The notes below the pieces were generated by a model. That model was not told where the DNA came from. It saw only the letters and a program-made list of their open reading frames with translations, and searched no databases. A stretch of 64,000 nucleotides of DNA from Iphione sp. A-MEVVRFRX5. Taxonomy: Eukaryota. A program made the translations under genes and the position numbers. This document shows, one piece after another, positions 40,321 to 54,508 of the stretch. Each line of letters starts with the position of its first letter. Within the stretch, counting starts at the first letter, position 1. The DNA lies in assembly GCA_976226885.1 (NCBI GenBank), contig OZ320314.1, positions 35,774,001 to 35,838,000 of the forward strand, in the 5' to 3' direction.

Positions 40321-40545
40321 GAAAGGTCACTGTTGTCTCTAGTCTCTACCTACCAGTTCTCCAGGGTGTGAGAGACATCAGAGTGGTCATGGTTAATGTC
40401 CCCGGCCTCTCCCAACCACTCTTTCAATCATTAACAGAGGTGTGAGAGACATCAGAAAGGTCACCGTTGATGCCCCTGGTCTCTCCTGATCACTCTTTCA
40501 ATCATTAACAGAGGTGTGAGAGACAGAGGGATCACCGTTGATGCC
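40321..40545. repeat. ~73-bp tandem repeat, ~3 copies
   Basis: ggtgtgagagaca at 40365, 40438 and 40512; cactctttcaatcattaacagaggtgtgagagaca occurs exactly twice. Confidence 0.9.
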
Positions 40546-43500
40546 ACCAGTCGCAAATCGATAGTAAAAAAACAAAATTGATCTTTTATCGATTGGTTGG
40601 AAGCTGAAATTGGTAGGAAATCGATTTGGTCTGAAAATAACCACCTCTTATATTGGTTATGTATAGACAGAATTTCCATTCTAAGCTCAACTGGTCGCAA
40701 TAGCCGCTTTGGTCAGAAATCACAATGGTCGGAAATAGAGACTCGAATGTATCTGGTTAGTGCAACTCTAGTAGACGGGGTTCGACTGTATTCATAAAAG
40801 TATAGCCCCCTCCATCGACACATGGACAGATACTCATCTGTATAAGTGCATATTAATAAAAAAAGAGTGATAATGCATGTAATCGCCTTAACAGATACTC
40901 GTACATGATTATAATTATGAAGACACAAAAATACATATAAATGAATCGTTGTGTGAGCTTATGGTGGATTAAAAAACTAAACGGTAGCTACTACATCTGA
41001 AACCATATGTAGGAAACCTAATATGTGAGTGACATTCTGTTTTATTAGGTACTTTATATGACTGTGTTGTGCTCACCATTTCCACTGATTCCCCGAGATG
41101 AAGTGTTAGCTTATTTGATGGGGTGATTTAGATGGGATTTAAGGAGTAATATTATGGGGTAAACAGCTAGCGTACGATCTGATAGTCTCCGCTGTGCGTG
41201 TCCCTGCGAGACATTACGAATGTAATGATTTTTAAATGAGATTCGTTTACAGCTATGGTATGTGCCAAGAATTCTGTAACTAGGGTGCACACAAAGGAAA
41301 ACCTCTTATAGTAGGGAGGAGGTCTGCAGACAGGGGCGGTACGGTTGGATGATAGAGGCGGCAAGGTGCCTGCATATAGCAACACGGTTGGCTGCAACAC
41401 GTCCAGTGGCGCCTTGACACCCAGCAGGCCTACTCATTTTTGCCTACCTTGACTTGGTCGGGATGCATTGAGCGATCTCCCATCACGTAGAATTAATCCC
41501 GACGTCTAGAATCTGTATGAAATCTGCCTCCTCGACTGGAAAGATAGCGATGGGTGGCATGCTCTATGGGAATTAGGTAAGACCTCAGATGGATGATGAT
41601 GGGGGGATAAATCGAAGCGAAGGTTTCTAAAAGCCGAACAGCCTGCGGGTGTGCATACCAGGGGGGGTCGTCTGGGTTTGCAGACAAACCGGGCTAGCCA
41701 TCTGGGAATAAATCGAAGTAAACCCAGAACATCATCAGAGGCTTATACATGGACTGAAAAGGTCACTCATCGTTGACCGGCGCTAGGGACCGAAAAGGAG
41801 GACCTCTGTAGAGACCCCCGTGGGGAACACGACTTGCGTGCCGCAAGGTGCACACACACACAGGGCAAACAGTGGAGGTGAAAGGGCGTGGCTAATTGAA
41901 CCATGGTGATTAGCCCGACAGGTGACCAGCCGGAAAAAGTCGAGTGTTAATGAGATGCACCGACAAAGTTGCATTATACAACGGCTCTTGCGGCTTGCCG
42001 CAATGCATGCATTAGGGCGTGAGCCTTCACTTGCTGATGCACATTCATGTTTCTCCATGTTTTTCCATTCACGTTGCCGCTCTTTGTTTGTGCTCAGGTC
42101 CGCCAACTGCAGCAATCAAGCATAGTATGAAGGGCGAATGCCCGCCTCCGCAGTAATATACATCTTTATTGACATGCAAACGTTAAACAATGGAATGTCT
42201 TGGTGGGTAGAATTGACGGGAGAATGTCTCGTTAAGGACAGGCCTCCTCCACCCAGCGGCACCCTGCTGCAGCGCTGGTGTTGAAGGCCGGTTGTGTTTT
42301 GCGGCTTTCATTCTTTGAAGTGCGGGTTGAATGTGGTTAAAGACCGCAAACAGTGGTGTCAGATGTGGCGGCCACTTCACGAGGGTGTCGACCCCTACCG
42401 CAGGAAGCTGGATGATCCCCCTTCAATTGGTGGGTCCACACTCACCAGGTACCCTAAACGGGACAGAGTTGACAGGCTGTATATCTTGGCCGAGTGAGCA
42501 GTGCATGGCCAACAACAGTGGACACTTAGGCCTGCCAGAGTTATCAGTAGGGTGTTTACCGGACGGGGCGGAGACAACTGGCTGCCTGTGGATGTAGCAG
42601 GAACTGGGAAGGACATCCTATCCAATAGACAGAATGGACATGTGAGTATGCATATAATGAGGGCTGGTGGTAAGTATTGACTTGATATAGGCCTACTTTC
42701 AGTACAATGTACGCTATTCCCCATGGGTATTTTCTGCCTGTGTGTGTTCGTCTTTGTGTGTGTGTGTGCGTGTGTGTAAATGGGCGAAGACATGCCTGCA
42801 CGGAGTAATCCCAACGTGTTGTGTGCATATTCATCGATGAGGCCTGTGTAACTGGATAGGGGCTAGAGGAGGAGCTGGTGGATAGCAGTGAGACATGTCC
42901 TCATCACCGAGGCGATGACTCAGCCTTCCAGCCGTACACGGCGCTCTTGTTTATCCTCCCAGCCAGTGCTAATCATGGTATTAACGCACCTGTGTTGCTG
43001 AAGATCCAACAGGCCAGTATTCACCGATGGAAATCTGAGGACACGGGAGGGATGCTATCTTCTCTCTCCTGATAATATTTTCACTGCTGCTCGACTCTGT
43101 TGATGCCATATACACTGATACAGCTTAGGCCAAACTGAAGGTGTGAGATAAAAAAAGATATGGCAATTTTTTTAAAGTATATGCATAAGCTCTGTGCTAC
43201 TATTGTTGGCATTTAAATTAAGTAAGCAAGAGAGGCGAACGCTACCTGCGAGACGAGAGATATAACCAACACTCATTACTGGGAATTCTGTTGGGTCCTA
43301 GTGCCATGACCGCGTATTGCGTGCCACCGAAATGGTGGGATAAGTAATTTTTGTCATGTATTGAACCCGCGGATGACAAAGGTGCACTAGCATAGCCTGT
43401 ACCAGAGAGTGAATAATGGGAGAAAAATAGATGTACGTATACAGTGAACCCTTGCGATCTAGCCCCTTGCTTATAAGCAAATCGACGATATCTGCACATT

Positions 43501-44936
43501 TACATGTACAGATATATATGTTCATTTGACAGACATCCCTCCCTATTACAGAAATCTTCAATACCTGTATATTATTGAAGCCTTTTTAAAAAAAATATAT
43601 ATTAACGGTGACCGCTGAACGCTCGATGTTTCCTCCTAAATTACTTGAGCGAACGAGTCAATATGATAATATCCGTACAGAAAAAAATCTTGAATGATAT
43701 GATACTGAGAATTCCATTTTCTATAATAAACATATGATCCATGATGTCAGACGGAAAGTAACTTCGACTGATGAAGCTATTCAAGCAATAATGTGACGTG
43801 TGTCCTTCTAGGAAACCCTTTTCAACTTGGCCTTGGCAAGAAAGTAAAAGACTAACGTTAGGGTCGGCCCTGTCTGCAGTACAGTGGGATTCTCTGCTTC
43901 AGACGCTGACTAATGATAACAGGCGGGCATCGGCCGTTAAAGCGCGACATACGTGGCACACGGTGCGAGCCATTACAACGAGGATATGGTCCTCCCTTTC
44001 AAAAAAACGTGACTCCTTTGATCTTTGGAATCGTCACTGCCTTCTCCTGCTGCCTGGTCCGTGTTCTGAGAAGAAGGCCGGAAGGCACAAAACTTTCCGT
44101 CCTTGTCCCGATGGATTTGTATGCCCCTATGGCCAAAAGACTCTACGTGATGCAATAAAGATACGCGATCGAGTTGCCAATAGTTATGTCTGTAAAGACG
44201 GATAGCCATTCATAAGCATTGCCAATAAACCGTATTACATCATTGCTTAAGAAGTATCAGGGTCGGTATGGTGTACAGCATTACAGCGTTGTCTGCGGTT
44301 AATACAATGCCCATTTTAGAGGGTATTCCATTTTGGTGCAGAGGTTCGTGAAACGAGCCCTTTTACACTCTACGAAGGTCATTTTGGAGAAACTGACACG
44401 CGTAAAGTTCAGTTTATAGCCGGGTCATTGCTACAATGTCACTAGCTGGAGTACGTATACTCCCTAGCAGACAGTAAGTGTAACGAATAGAGAAACACAA
44501 AAACGAAGGGTAGTACAGTGTTGTTTGGGGGAAAGGTGAATTTAATATTAAGTCCTAGGTATTCATCATCTTGGCAGAAACGTCACTTGCGCTGATTTCA
44601 ATTCAGAAAGTCTAACTCTGTACAATGCCCGTTTCAAAGCAAACTCAAATTTCCCATGAAAAAAAATATATATACATGCGTATGTATCGATATATATATA
44701 AATATCCAATAGTTGCCACTTCCACAAGCATGATAAGAGAATACAGCCACACAATGACTGTCCAAGCATGGGAACGAGTTTTGCTGTACTGCATAATGCC
44801 ATAGGTAGAGTGCGCTACTGTGAAATTAATTTCAATGTTTGAGTAGCCACTGTCTCGCTGCATTCTCTTTCTTCCACCATAATTTAGTCGAAAATACAAA
44901 TTAATATGATGAAATAAACGAAAGACCTTTTTTTAG

Positions 44937-45104
44937 ATGAAAGGTTTTTTTTTGCACAGAGCATCATGTAACTCAAACTGGGCATAACCAAAGTTTTTGT
45001 CCGATGCGAATGCTCATGAATATGGTTTGGGCATGCGGAGTACAGTATAAATTTATAAATATCTGGTTTGGGTTCACATTACACTTTCGGCAAAAACCTT
45101 TCAT
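44937..45104. repeat. 13-bp inverted repeat pair, possible small MITE
   Basis: atgaaaggttttt (44937-44949) / aaaaacctttcat (45092-45104). Confidence 0.4.
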
Positions 45105-45292
45105 TCAAAGATAAATAAACATTGAAATCACTTCCATAGGTGTCAAAAAGGTGTGTATGTGTTAAACTGGATGCTTTTCATAATTTTGCTGAAAACGATC
45201 TATTCTCTTCATATTTCTGTTTAAAAAATCGAATCGATACCCACCGACCAGGTATAACGACCAACACTCAAAACAAACAAAATATTGTATAT

Positions 45293-45502
45293 NNNNNNNN
45301 NNNNNNNNNNNNNNNNNNNNNNNNNNNNNNNNNNNNNNNNNNNNNNNNNNNNNNNNNNNNNNNNNNNNNNNNNNNNNNNNNNNNNNNNNNNNNNNNNNNN
45401 NNNNNNNNNNNNNNNNNNNNNNNNNNNNNNNNNNNNNNNNNNNNNNNNNNNNNNNNNNNNNNNNNNNNNNNNNNNNNNNNNNNNNNNNNNNNNNNNNNNN
45501 NN
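45293..45502. other. Assembly gap (210 N)
   Basis: Run of n. Confidence 1.
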
Positions 45503-48329
45503 TTTGACAAAGTTGGCTACGACAAGGGACGTGCTGACTGCTTGGGGTGGTTTCTTCATGGGCTAGCAGTATGGTGCGAGGCTGTCAAACTCGATGGGGG
45601 AAGACGGGCCAGTCGCTTTTGTATTGGTGCCACAGACGCAAGGACTTTGCCATTAAGCAGCCCCAGAGTGTCGGCGGGAATCAGGCAACCTGTCAGGCGG
45701 GTTCACGCCCGCCAGGGGCTGGGCGCGGCTTCCTGAGTTTCCTGCACCCCCCCCCCCCCGCGCCGTCCCCAAACTATAGCCCCTCAACCAATGACTCCAG
45801 GGGCGGCACACCTTAACAGCAAGCAGACCCGCACGCTTCCATCTACTGATCACAGTGCCAGCTTATGGAGGTAGCAGGAACTACAGTAGCAAGTCGACAG
45901 TACTGTGGTGCTAACATATTGTGTGGAGTCGGATGCTGGGTTTATACATGTACAACGATTCAAAGAATTCAAATGGAATTCAAGATATGAGATGCTTTCT
46001 TTAGTCCAACTAGACAGCAGATATTGATTTTTTTATTCATTAGTTACGTGGCTTTTTCTTTATGCAACGCGATATCACGATAAAGTCGATATATTGGGGG
46101 TCCTCCAGGTACAAGTCCACTCAGCACTTTAAGTGTCTTTTACGAGGAATATGTGTTCAAATCTCTGACTCAATTCATGTAGAGGCAGACGGCCAATCTA
46201 GTAAGTTGGCAATGTCATATTGCGATTTAGCTTCCCTGCAGCGTATAAAGCCGCCGACCCAAATAACACGACTTTGATAGACACGGCGACTAGGCGGTGA
46301 TACGAAACTGATGCCTTGGCCTTGAGAAGATATTGACCACACACCGCCGGGCACTTCCCTATAATTTCCTGGATAACGGCCCGACGCCGACGGCGCGCGG
46401 CTGACACGAGCGGATTCTGCCGAGCGTCAGTACCGCAAGGATTAAAGCGGCCCCTTTTGTGTCTCCATCATCCTCGTCGAGGTGCCCCCAAATGATAGGA
46501 TGGCGGCTTGACAGAGACATCTACCGGACATGTCGGCCGTCGTCGTCGTCTCGAGGTCAAGAAAATGCTTCGCCCGGGCTCGTCCTACCGCCCCCCCGCC
46601 CATACAGCTGACAACACGCTTGCCAAGCAACACTGAAGTAAGACGTCAGTATAACATTAAACCTGTTGTCGTGGCAACCGTCAGGGCAACCCTTGTTGTA
46701 ATTACGGGTATTTCTTGCGAGGAGGATGCTTTTGTTGAGTTGTTGACAATTTCACTTAATTGAGCGAAGTGTCACTGTGTCGACTGACGTGCAAATTTCG
46801 TTTTCCCCCCCTAACAACCGCCCCGACTTAGAGAAAGCACCTGCTCATGATCCTTAAAGGAGGTTAATGTTTTATATTAGATGTAGATTTACGCTGTCAT
46901 TTGGCGTAATGGCAATCGGAGACACGTCGGCAGGCGTGGGGCTCCTGTGTTGGCATTGTCGACGAGCTGCTCGAGCACTTTCTCATTGAGCAGTTGGCGG
47001 CAGGGATTTGTATCGAGCACCTCCTAGCGGCGGAATCAAAGCCGGCCAAATGGGACGGCCGTCTGTAGCTTATCAACCAAGATAGACAGTTCCGCATACG
47101 GACTAATCCTGGCGAAAATGTTTGCTTGTCGTCTCAGATACCGCAAAAGCTTCCAACTGGTTGTATTTATAGTCAGTTCATATGGCGTCGGTTACCAAGA
47201 TGATGGTGGCGCGGTACGTTAGAAGCCACCCTGGCAAAAGTTTGCTTATGATCAGTGATCAAGGGGGGAAAGCGTGTGGTTCCAAGGAGGCAGGCGCTCC
47301 AGGGAATGATGACACTCGCCATATCCCCAGGCTCTGTCACCATGTCTATCTGCCCCCCTCCCCCTCCCCCCACCCTTCCCTCCTCCTGGTATCTTAAAAT
47401 TCATCTCTTGGTTCGTTGGCTCCCCCACGGGCGATTTTTATATTTCAAAGGCAACCCGGTTGACTGCTAAAAGACTCAGTCCGATGACAAAGCGGCATCT
47501 TAATGATTGGTATATTCTCTGTGATAGAGCAGACAGGAATCGTAGAAGGAGGAGAACCATCTATCTGTGTGTTCCTCGTTACGTCCTTTGAGAAGGAATC
47601 GGCTAGCCAAGTCAGTTAAGTAAGACGCTAACATCGATACAACGCAATTCAATTGAAGGCGTCATACTTCACGTCCTGGTCGGATAGGAAATTTCATACA
47701 ATTGATGTATCGGTACATAATAGTTTTTGCCTTAAAACCATTTTGAAGTCTATAAAATTTCAGTTTCGAAAAAAAAGGACAACGAGTACTTTCCCATTTT
47801 AGGGAGTTTTGAATAAAACTTATTTAAAACGCAAAGAACGTTTTACACATTTAAAACAGACCATTCAGTAAATAGGGAGTCGCGACCAGTAATGGAAAGA
47901 GTATCGTTGAGATCCCATTTCCATTTTCTCACGAACAAGGAGACAGAAATGCAGTTCAATTCTATAATAAATTATCAACGATTTGTAGGATATCTCCGAT
48001 GTAGATTCAAAGGAAATAACCAATGAGAAGCACAGCAACCAAAGTACGTTTACGCCTAAGAGTCAAACTCCTCAGGGCCTCTGTCAATCAGCTCTAGTAT
48101 AGTCTACGCTGCATTATTGGCATTTTAGCCAATGGATCCTTTACCATCGCTTCGCCTGCCACCGTTTGAGGCATTTCGCCATCAACACGACGACCTGTGC
48201 GGGTGTGCTCTTAACAAATACGCCGACCTGTCGCGTTCTATGACCGAGGCCTTTTCATGACAGCTAGACGTGCCGTCACTACTATTAACGGTGGCACATG
48301 CACTTATCATTCACTGCAGAACTTCTCAG

Positions 48330-48345
48330 ACTTCCGGTCACGTGG
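48330..48345. promoter_or_regulatory. Overlapping ETS + USF/TFE E-box
   Basis: acttccggtcacgtgg. Confidence 0.3.
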
Positions 48346-51300
48346 TGCGACATTTCTTCCTTCCTTGTGTCCTTTGCTAGAGAGTTCTATCATCAATGAC
48401 GTTGACACGGCTGATACGATGGTCAACCGAAAAGGAGCACCCGCCACACGATGAAGCGATCTTATCCGGGTTAGTCTGTTCAATCCCAGCCTGCCTTACA
48501 TGATAAAGATGAAGATTTTATTAAGCTGGCAAGACATGGTGAATGTACCAAGGACCAAAGCCGTATCTAGAACAGGTATCCAACTAAAAGGCAAGAAGCG
48601 GGCTCAACATTTGTCGTCTGACTCCCATTTCATCTTCTCCTGGTTTACGCTATAGTGGGCTAGTATGTACAACGAGAGATCTCCTCGGGGAAATTCTGGC
48701 CGTCTTTTAATCCATTACTGAGTTAAGTGACGGCCGATGGTTAGGAGCCTTTACTTAAGCGGTCAGTCACTGAGTGGGCCAAGCACGCATGCACCAGAAG
48801 TTTAGTAAGTTCACAGAGCACTTGCTTTTATGACATGATAATCAGCATGTTATCATCTGCATCGTGCCTTGGACTTTGCTTGACAAGCTTTGGTGGTTAA
48901 TATGCATGATTTTCAAGCATCTTTACATATTTTTTTTTCATATTCAATCCACCACAGCAGATCCAGTATAATACTGTATGCTCCTCAAATTACGATTGAA
49001 AATGTTCTTTCTTTAATTAAAATAGCTTAAAGACGCAGTCTTGGGGAAATTCAACTATCAAGCGGCAGCGTAGGGCCCTAGAAGTGCGATCAGATGACGC
49101 CAATGCCGCTACAACAGACTGCCCCAAAAAGCTAATGGAGTGAGTGGGTTGAGAAATACCTTTTGCTCTTCACGCTACACTGCACATAGTATTGCCCTCG
49201 TTCTATTGGTTCCGAAGGCTGCAGCAGTGAAGAGTATAGTGCGGGTGCTATGCCTTTTAACCTTTGATCGGACACAGTTCAAAAGACACACACACGGCAA
49301 GTGTTTTGCTATTGTCCATCGGCGGATTCGGCGTGCCCACTGCCCGCAGTGACCGCCAGCTCGCATGTCTCTGGGACATCGAGCCATCATGACTTGATGG
49401 GCAATTATTTCCAGCATGCGCATGCTTGGAAACATCTAATGGAAAGCTTCCGCGGACCGCTGACAGATTCTGACTGGCTTGGCTACGCCTGGACCATTAG
49501 AACTGGACAACTGGACGCTGTCTGGAGCGGCCATGGCCCAGTCCCCGGCCCTGGCGCCCTGGCGCCCTGGCGCCCCAACCTCCTACCCCGCCCATCGCAC
49601 CGCTCCAGTACTCTGGTTGCCGTCGGTTCTATGTTAATCTGAAAGAAAGGCCGGCACCCGTTGATGGAATTGTTCCTATGACTGAATGCGCCGCCTAGCC
49701 GTCGTTGGCGGTGCTGACTGGCTGCTGTCAGTCGCTGGAGAATGGGCTTTTGCGGCAAGGTCGGGCGGGGTCGCGTCGCGGCAGCGGCAGCAGGCTGCAG
49801 ACAGCAACAATTACACGGCTTCAGTGGTGGGCGCGTCGACGGCTCGCGTCCAACCCGCGTCCATATACAATGGCTATATTATACATGTATGAGCGTCTGA
49901 ACTGGACGTGAGGGGGCAGACCCGCTGTGAGAGAGCCTCGTTGAATAATTCTCCATCAGGGGAAATATTTTCTTTGCGCATTCATTTCTGATGCTTGAAA
50001 TTGAGATGAAAACGGAACGTTTTGCTGCTATGGCAAATACCAAATCTATCGTGGCACAGCAGGGTACTCCAGGTAGGAGTAGCGTTGGGCCACTGATCAG
50101 AGTAGTGGTAGTCCTACAGAATATTGCAATATTTCCAGACACGCGTGCTTGTGATGGTCAGATACTGCCTGCTAGGCACGTTTATACGCAAGCAGCATTT
50201 TGGAATGACCTTTAACATAATCTCTATGTCTGGTCTCATGTAACAAACAGAAGCCCCACATGTAATTACTACAGAGGGAGTGTCATATAGCAAGTGAAAC
50301 ACAGCGATAGTTCATATCAGCAGTCCAGTATACCTTGACATAACTAGTCCTTAAAAGTTACTTTGTCCAAAGTCTGCTCAAACTTCCATTAATTCATGAC
50401 TTGTTATGTATATATAGTTACCTGTCCCAAGTAAAAGGGAGTCTATGTTAGTGTATTGTTTGCGTCTCGACACTCTGTTAATACAACGCAACGACCAATA
50501 CCTATTATCACTTGAGGAATGACTTGGCATTACTCAGCTTAATTATCCACAGTGCCGAGAACCATAGCTTTTACTTAATTTGCTATTTATATTGGTGGTC
50601 TTGCAGGGTTCCGGGTGGGAGAGCATTTTTCGCTGCACTGCCCCACTGAATAATTCAGTGCCAAACCTGCGTACTTACAGACTGTAGAACGCGGGACAGC
50701 GTCAATGTTTCACTGCCTTGCCTGCTGGGCCCGTCCTTTAGGGAAATCAGCGGATGAATCCGCCACGCCATTGGCTGTCCTTAGGAAATGCACGCAAGTT
50801 TTCTAATGTTTTCCTAGAGCTTCCTATTTCGACCTTTCTTTCTCCTGCCGTACGTCCCGTGTGCATCTTTTCTAGTGTACCACGGGAAAGGTCAAAAGAT
50901 CATCAGTGACATTATGTGCAGATGTTTAGAGGCGCCATGGACTCTGCTGTAGGGACACGCAATGCATATCACGAATGTCACTTCCCCACGAGCGACACCA
51001 GGCGCCCGTCGAGTCAGGAGATCATCGAGCACCTTAGTTGAAGTTCTCCACCAACAAACCTTTATGGAAAAAAAGAAAGAGGGGGTGGGGGAGAGAGAAA
51101 CTATGTCAGAGAATACAGAGCTCTAAATAAACCTTTCATGAGTGAAAGCTGCAGATGTACAGAACAGGCCCTGATAAAATATAGCCATTAAAGTACGAAG
51201 AAATAGACAAAGCAAAGCTCTTTGGGAAAAGTCATTAGCGCTACAGCATGGACTCATTAATGCCATCAGAGAGGTGCATTATTTAGTTCTTGCTCCTTTG

Positions 51301-51930
51301 ATTGATTTCCGTAATATTCTAATCAGTTTTACTGAGAGAGATAGTGGTTTAAGGATCACATAATTGTGCCCAATATCAGATGCGTGGTCATGAGCTTGAG
51401 GGAACCTGTATGACCACGGCGTAGACTGCTTAATATTTTCTGATGATTTTGCTCTAATGCCATGCATACACATTCCACCCTACGTTGTATTGTTGGTGTA
51501 CACAAATACAAGTATTAAGGAGGATGTAAGGGGACAACAACGTGGAGGAAATCTGGTTGATTATTCTTCGGATATGTGTATCAACCACCCATGAAGATGA
51601 ACATTCTTACTTCACTTAGATGGACACAGATGCTGATCCCTTATAGACGATCGATTAGTGCAGTGGCCTCTGTATTCTGATATATTAGACGTGGCTATGA
51701 GGCAAGGTCTGCAGCCGGTCAAGGACTGCTATACTAGCACTGGCCTTGATCTGTACAAGTTCCTTTCCCTTTACTTTTTTCCCCTTCCCATTCCTTTCCT
51801 TTCGATCCTCCGTCATTGGACCCTAATTGAGTGAGGTAACGTATCATGTCCAGCCGGGCCCCAGGTGTAAGATAGTTCGCTCGCAGTCTGGCCACATGCA
51901 CCGCACCCCACCCGCAAGTCACGTTACCTT

Positions 51931-51944
51931 GTTACCATGGCAAC
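51931..51944. promoter_or_regulatory. RFX X-box
   Basis: GTTACCATGGCAAC matches the GTTNCCATGGNAAC consensus exactly. Confidence 0.5.
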
Positions 51945-52129
51945 GGGCCTCAGGTGGACCTTTGCGCATGCTCACTTCGCTGGGTAGTCATCGCGGCACT
52001 CGGCAGTCAACAGATCACAGTGGCCCCCATGGTTCCAATCCCTCGAACCAGTCCCGGAACTTTTCTGGCTTAACGTATTGAGAAAACTGGGACGCTATAT
52101 CAGATCGGCCGTACATAAAACAGACCGGT

Positions 52130-52500
52130 CTCTATGGAGATAAATTGTGCCTAATTACGCAGTGGAAATCAAGGTGAAGGAAGGAAATCAATGATTTCGT
52201 TTGGGGGGGAATATCCGAGCTAATCTCCTGTTGTGGCTGTCAGTATTGAATCTATCGGCCTAATTAAAGGCTTATAGATAACGTGTATTGAAAACGGTCT
52301 TTAAATGGACGAGGGTATCTTGATTGAAAAAGTGCGCCGCCAGTGCATATATAGCTTCCAATTGATTCATTCTGAAGTCTAATTAAGACTACTTGGCTAC
52401 CGGTGCCAGATTCAGATCATCTACTCCGTCTACTACTTACGGAAATGAATGCAAAATAACGTCAAGCATTCTAATTACGCCAAGCTGCATAATTACTACT
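52130..52500. promoter_or_regulatory. Enhancer-like homeodomain-site cluster
   Basis: Five TAATTA plus TAATCT and TGATTG in ~370 bp. Confidence 0.3.
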
Positions 52501-53717
52501 GCTGAGACGAGAAGTAGCCGCAATATTTAAATCCCTTTTAGTACTGCGGATACGAGTTCAAAATACGACTCCCTTGCTGACTTTCTCCGATCGGGAAGCT
52601 CAGTGTAAGCTGTGAAACACAACATTATGGAATAGTATGTAGACAAAACACTGCGCTTTACCAAGAGAACAGCCACCATCAGAGCCCAGGCGGAGCTAAA
52701 TGGACCCTCTAGGTGGTAACAGGGGGCCACTAATCATCTCCATTGCTCCTGGATATCCTCCAGAGGGAAAGTGGTTGGCATTAGGCGAGACTGGGGGCCG
52801 AATGGAGTCAGGTGAGGGTTCCCACAGGATGATCTCATCGTCTGCCGCCACCTGGATGATATCCACCGGAGCACTGGGGACAACTCGGGAGGGGTCGGTG
52901 TGCCTCAAGGGCAAAGTTATCAGTGACCCCGACGGAGGAAAAACCCACAATGATGAGCCTGTCTGGCCCCAGGAGGATTCGATCATTTCTCCGTACTTTT
53001 CCCATAAAATAGTCAGCGGAAAATATTGAGTAATCGTCTCGACGTTTTATGTCTGTGCAATAATCACGATGTCTTTTATTTCTGTGCCTCGGTGCAATTC
53101 TGAGTAATCAAAATGTTTGGCTGTGTCTCAGCTGATCTCGGCATCTTAAGGTGTTCCCTTTCACCATCGCCAGGACCGTGATTCATCGCGGTGAAACACA
53201 TACATGGTTGTACATGTATGTGGCATACAGGTATAGTATAGTCATAAGCACTGACTAACCCTTACCCTTCTGTTCGTGAAGTAAGCAACATGCGAAGTTT
53301 AACCCTCACGGCGTGGGAATGTTCGTTCCTGGGGTTAACGACACAATTTAACCGGACCAAGTTTTAATTGTTCCTCTCCAAACGTTCTCTCAAGCAACTG
53401 TTCAACTCTTCTGATGGATGGTTAAAATGACTCGCTGCTGATTAGCTTGACTACAAGTCTTTACGACCATCTAAAACGAATGGCACACAACGTTAAGTGC
53501 TGCAGTGGAGGGCGCCCGTCCGTCTTGCGCCGTCTTTTACACCCGGAAGCTGTCATGCTTCTTTCTTTTTGGAATACTATATCACCAAACCTTAACCAAA
53601 GGCAAACACCAGTCCCAGTATGGTGTTCTTCGTGGGCTGACTCTTGCCATTTACCCAGTGTACCCATGATTTGCTACCTGCACGTCAGTTACTATTGACG
53701 GTGCCCTTTTTTTCTAG

Positions 53718-53802
53718 GAAGAAGCGGGTTGGCCGGCGCCTTGTTCGCCAGGGAAATGTGAATGGGAGGGCACCAGCTGGGACCACTGGTCTGTTTACAC
53801 AG
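53718..53802 (+). other. Candidate spliced exon, 85 nt
   Basis: Acceptor gtgccctttttttctag, donor CAG|gtaaac; two frames open (EEAGWPAPCSPGKCEWEGTSWDHWSVYT / KKRVGRRLVRQGNVNGRAPAGTTGLFTQ), neither recognised. Confidence 0.35.
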
Positions 53803-54508
53803 GTAAACAATAGTTGTCAACAAAGCCATCGGCTAAGGATTCCAACCACCCACCCCCCCGTGTCTCTCTCGCGCTCTGAAAGGGCCACGCGTCCCTTCAG
53901 CTTACGTACCTCGCCTTCCGTAGACCATACTGCCTATAGCCACTGAGATCTATAGTACGTAACCCACACCATGACAAACAATATTGATATCTCAGCTGAA
54001 CCATATGCTGGGTATAAACTTTTACGGAACCGGCGGTAACACATTAAGACCCCTGGATAATAAGGTATTGATTTTCCCGTTCTCTTATATTGCACCGGTG
54101 GAAATATGCTGTCCCAGAAGGGCTGTTCCGACATCAATGCTCTAATACGAAATTGAACTCTAGGTCTATCATAAAACCTCGAATTTCCTGGGTCCTGCAG
54201 GGCAGTCATAATTGAGAGGATAGTTGCCCATGATGAAACACGCAATGCAGCACTGGCTGAAACTATCAGGGTCAGTGGATAAGAGAACGAGTGATGCCGC
54301 CATCCTCTAGCATTAAAGAAAGCTCCACTGCTGAAACGGGTACCTTCAGGCAAAAACGTATAATTATACCACTGCCATTACACAGACAGGAAACATTTCT
54401 GCAACGAGGACTTCCTTTGCTGAGGAGAAAGCGGCGATTGAAAAAGACGATTTAATCCATATAATGGACTTCTACATGTATAATATGATGATGGCTATAT
54501 GTAATTAG

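Noticed and set aside
43798-44209. Three overlapping ORFs; AVQWDSLLQTL faintly like L1/Tx1 RT
   Set aside because: Flanking RT motifs are absent
45140-45736. Longest ORFs in the track (198, 112, 93 and 80 aa)
   Set aside because: Artefacts of reading through the 210-N gap
52696-52986. VPSAPVDIIQVAADDEIILWEPSP resembling a fibronectin-III N-terminus
   Set aside because: The rest of the domain (Y and L-x-P-x-T-x-Y motifs) is absent and splice signals do not frame it
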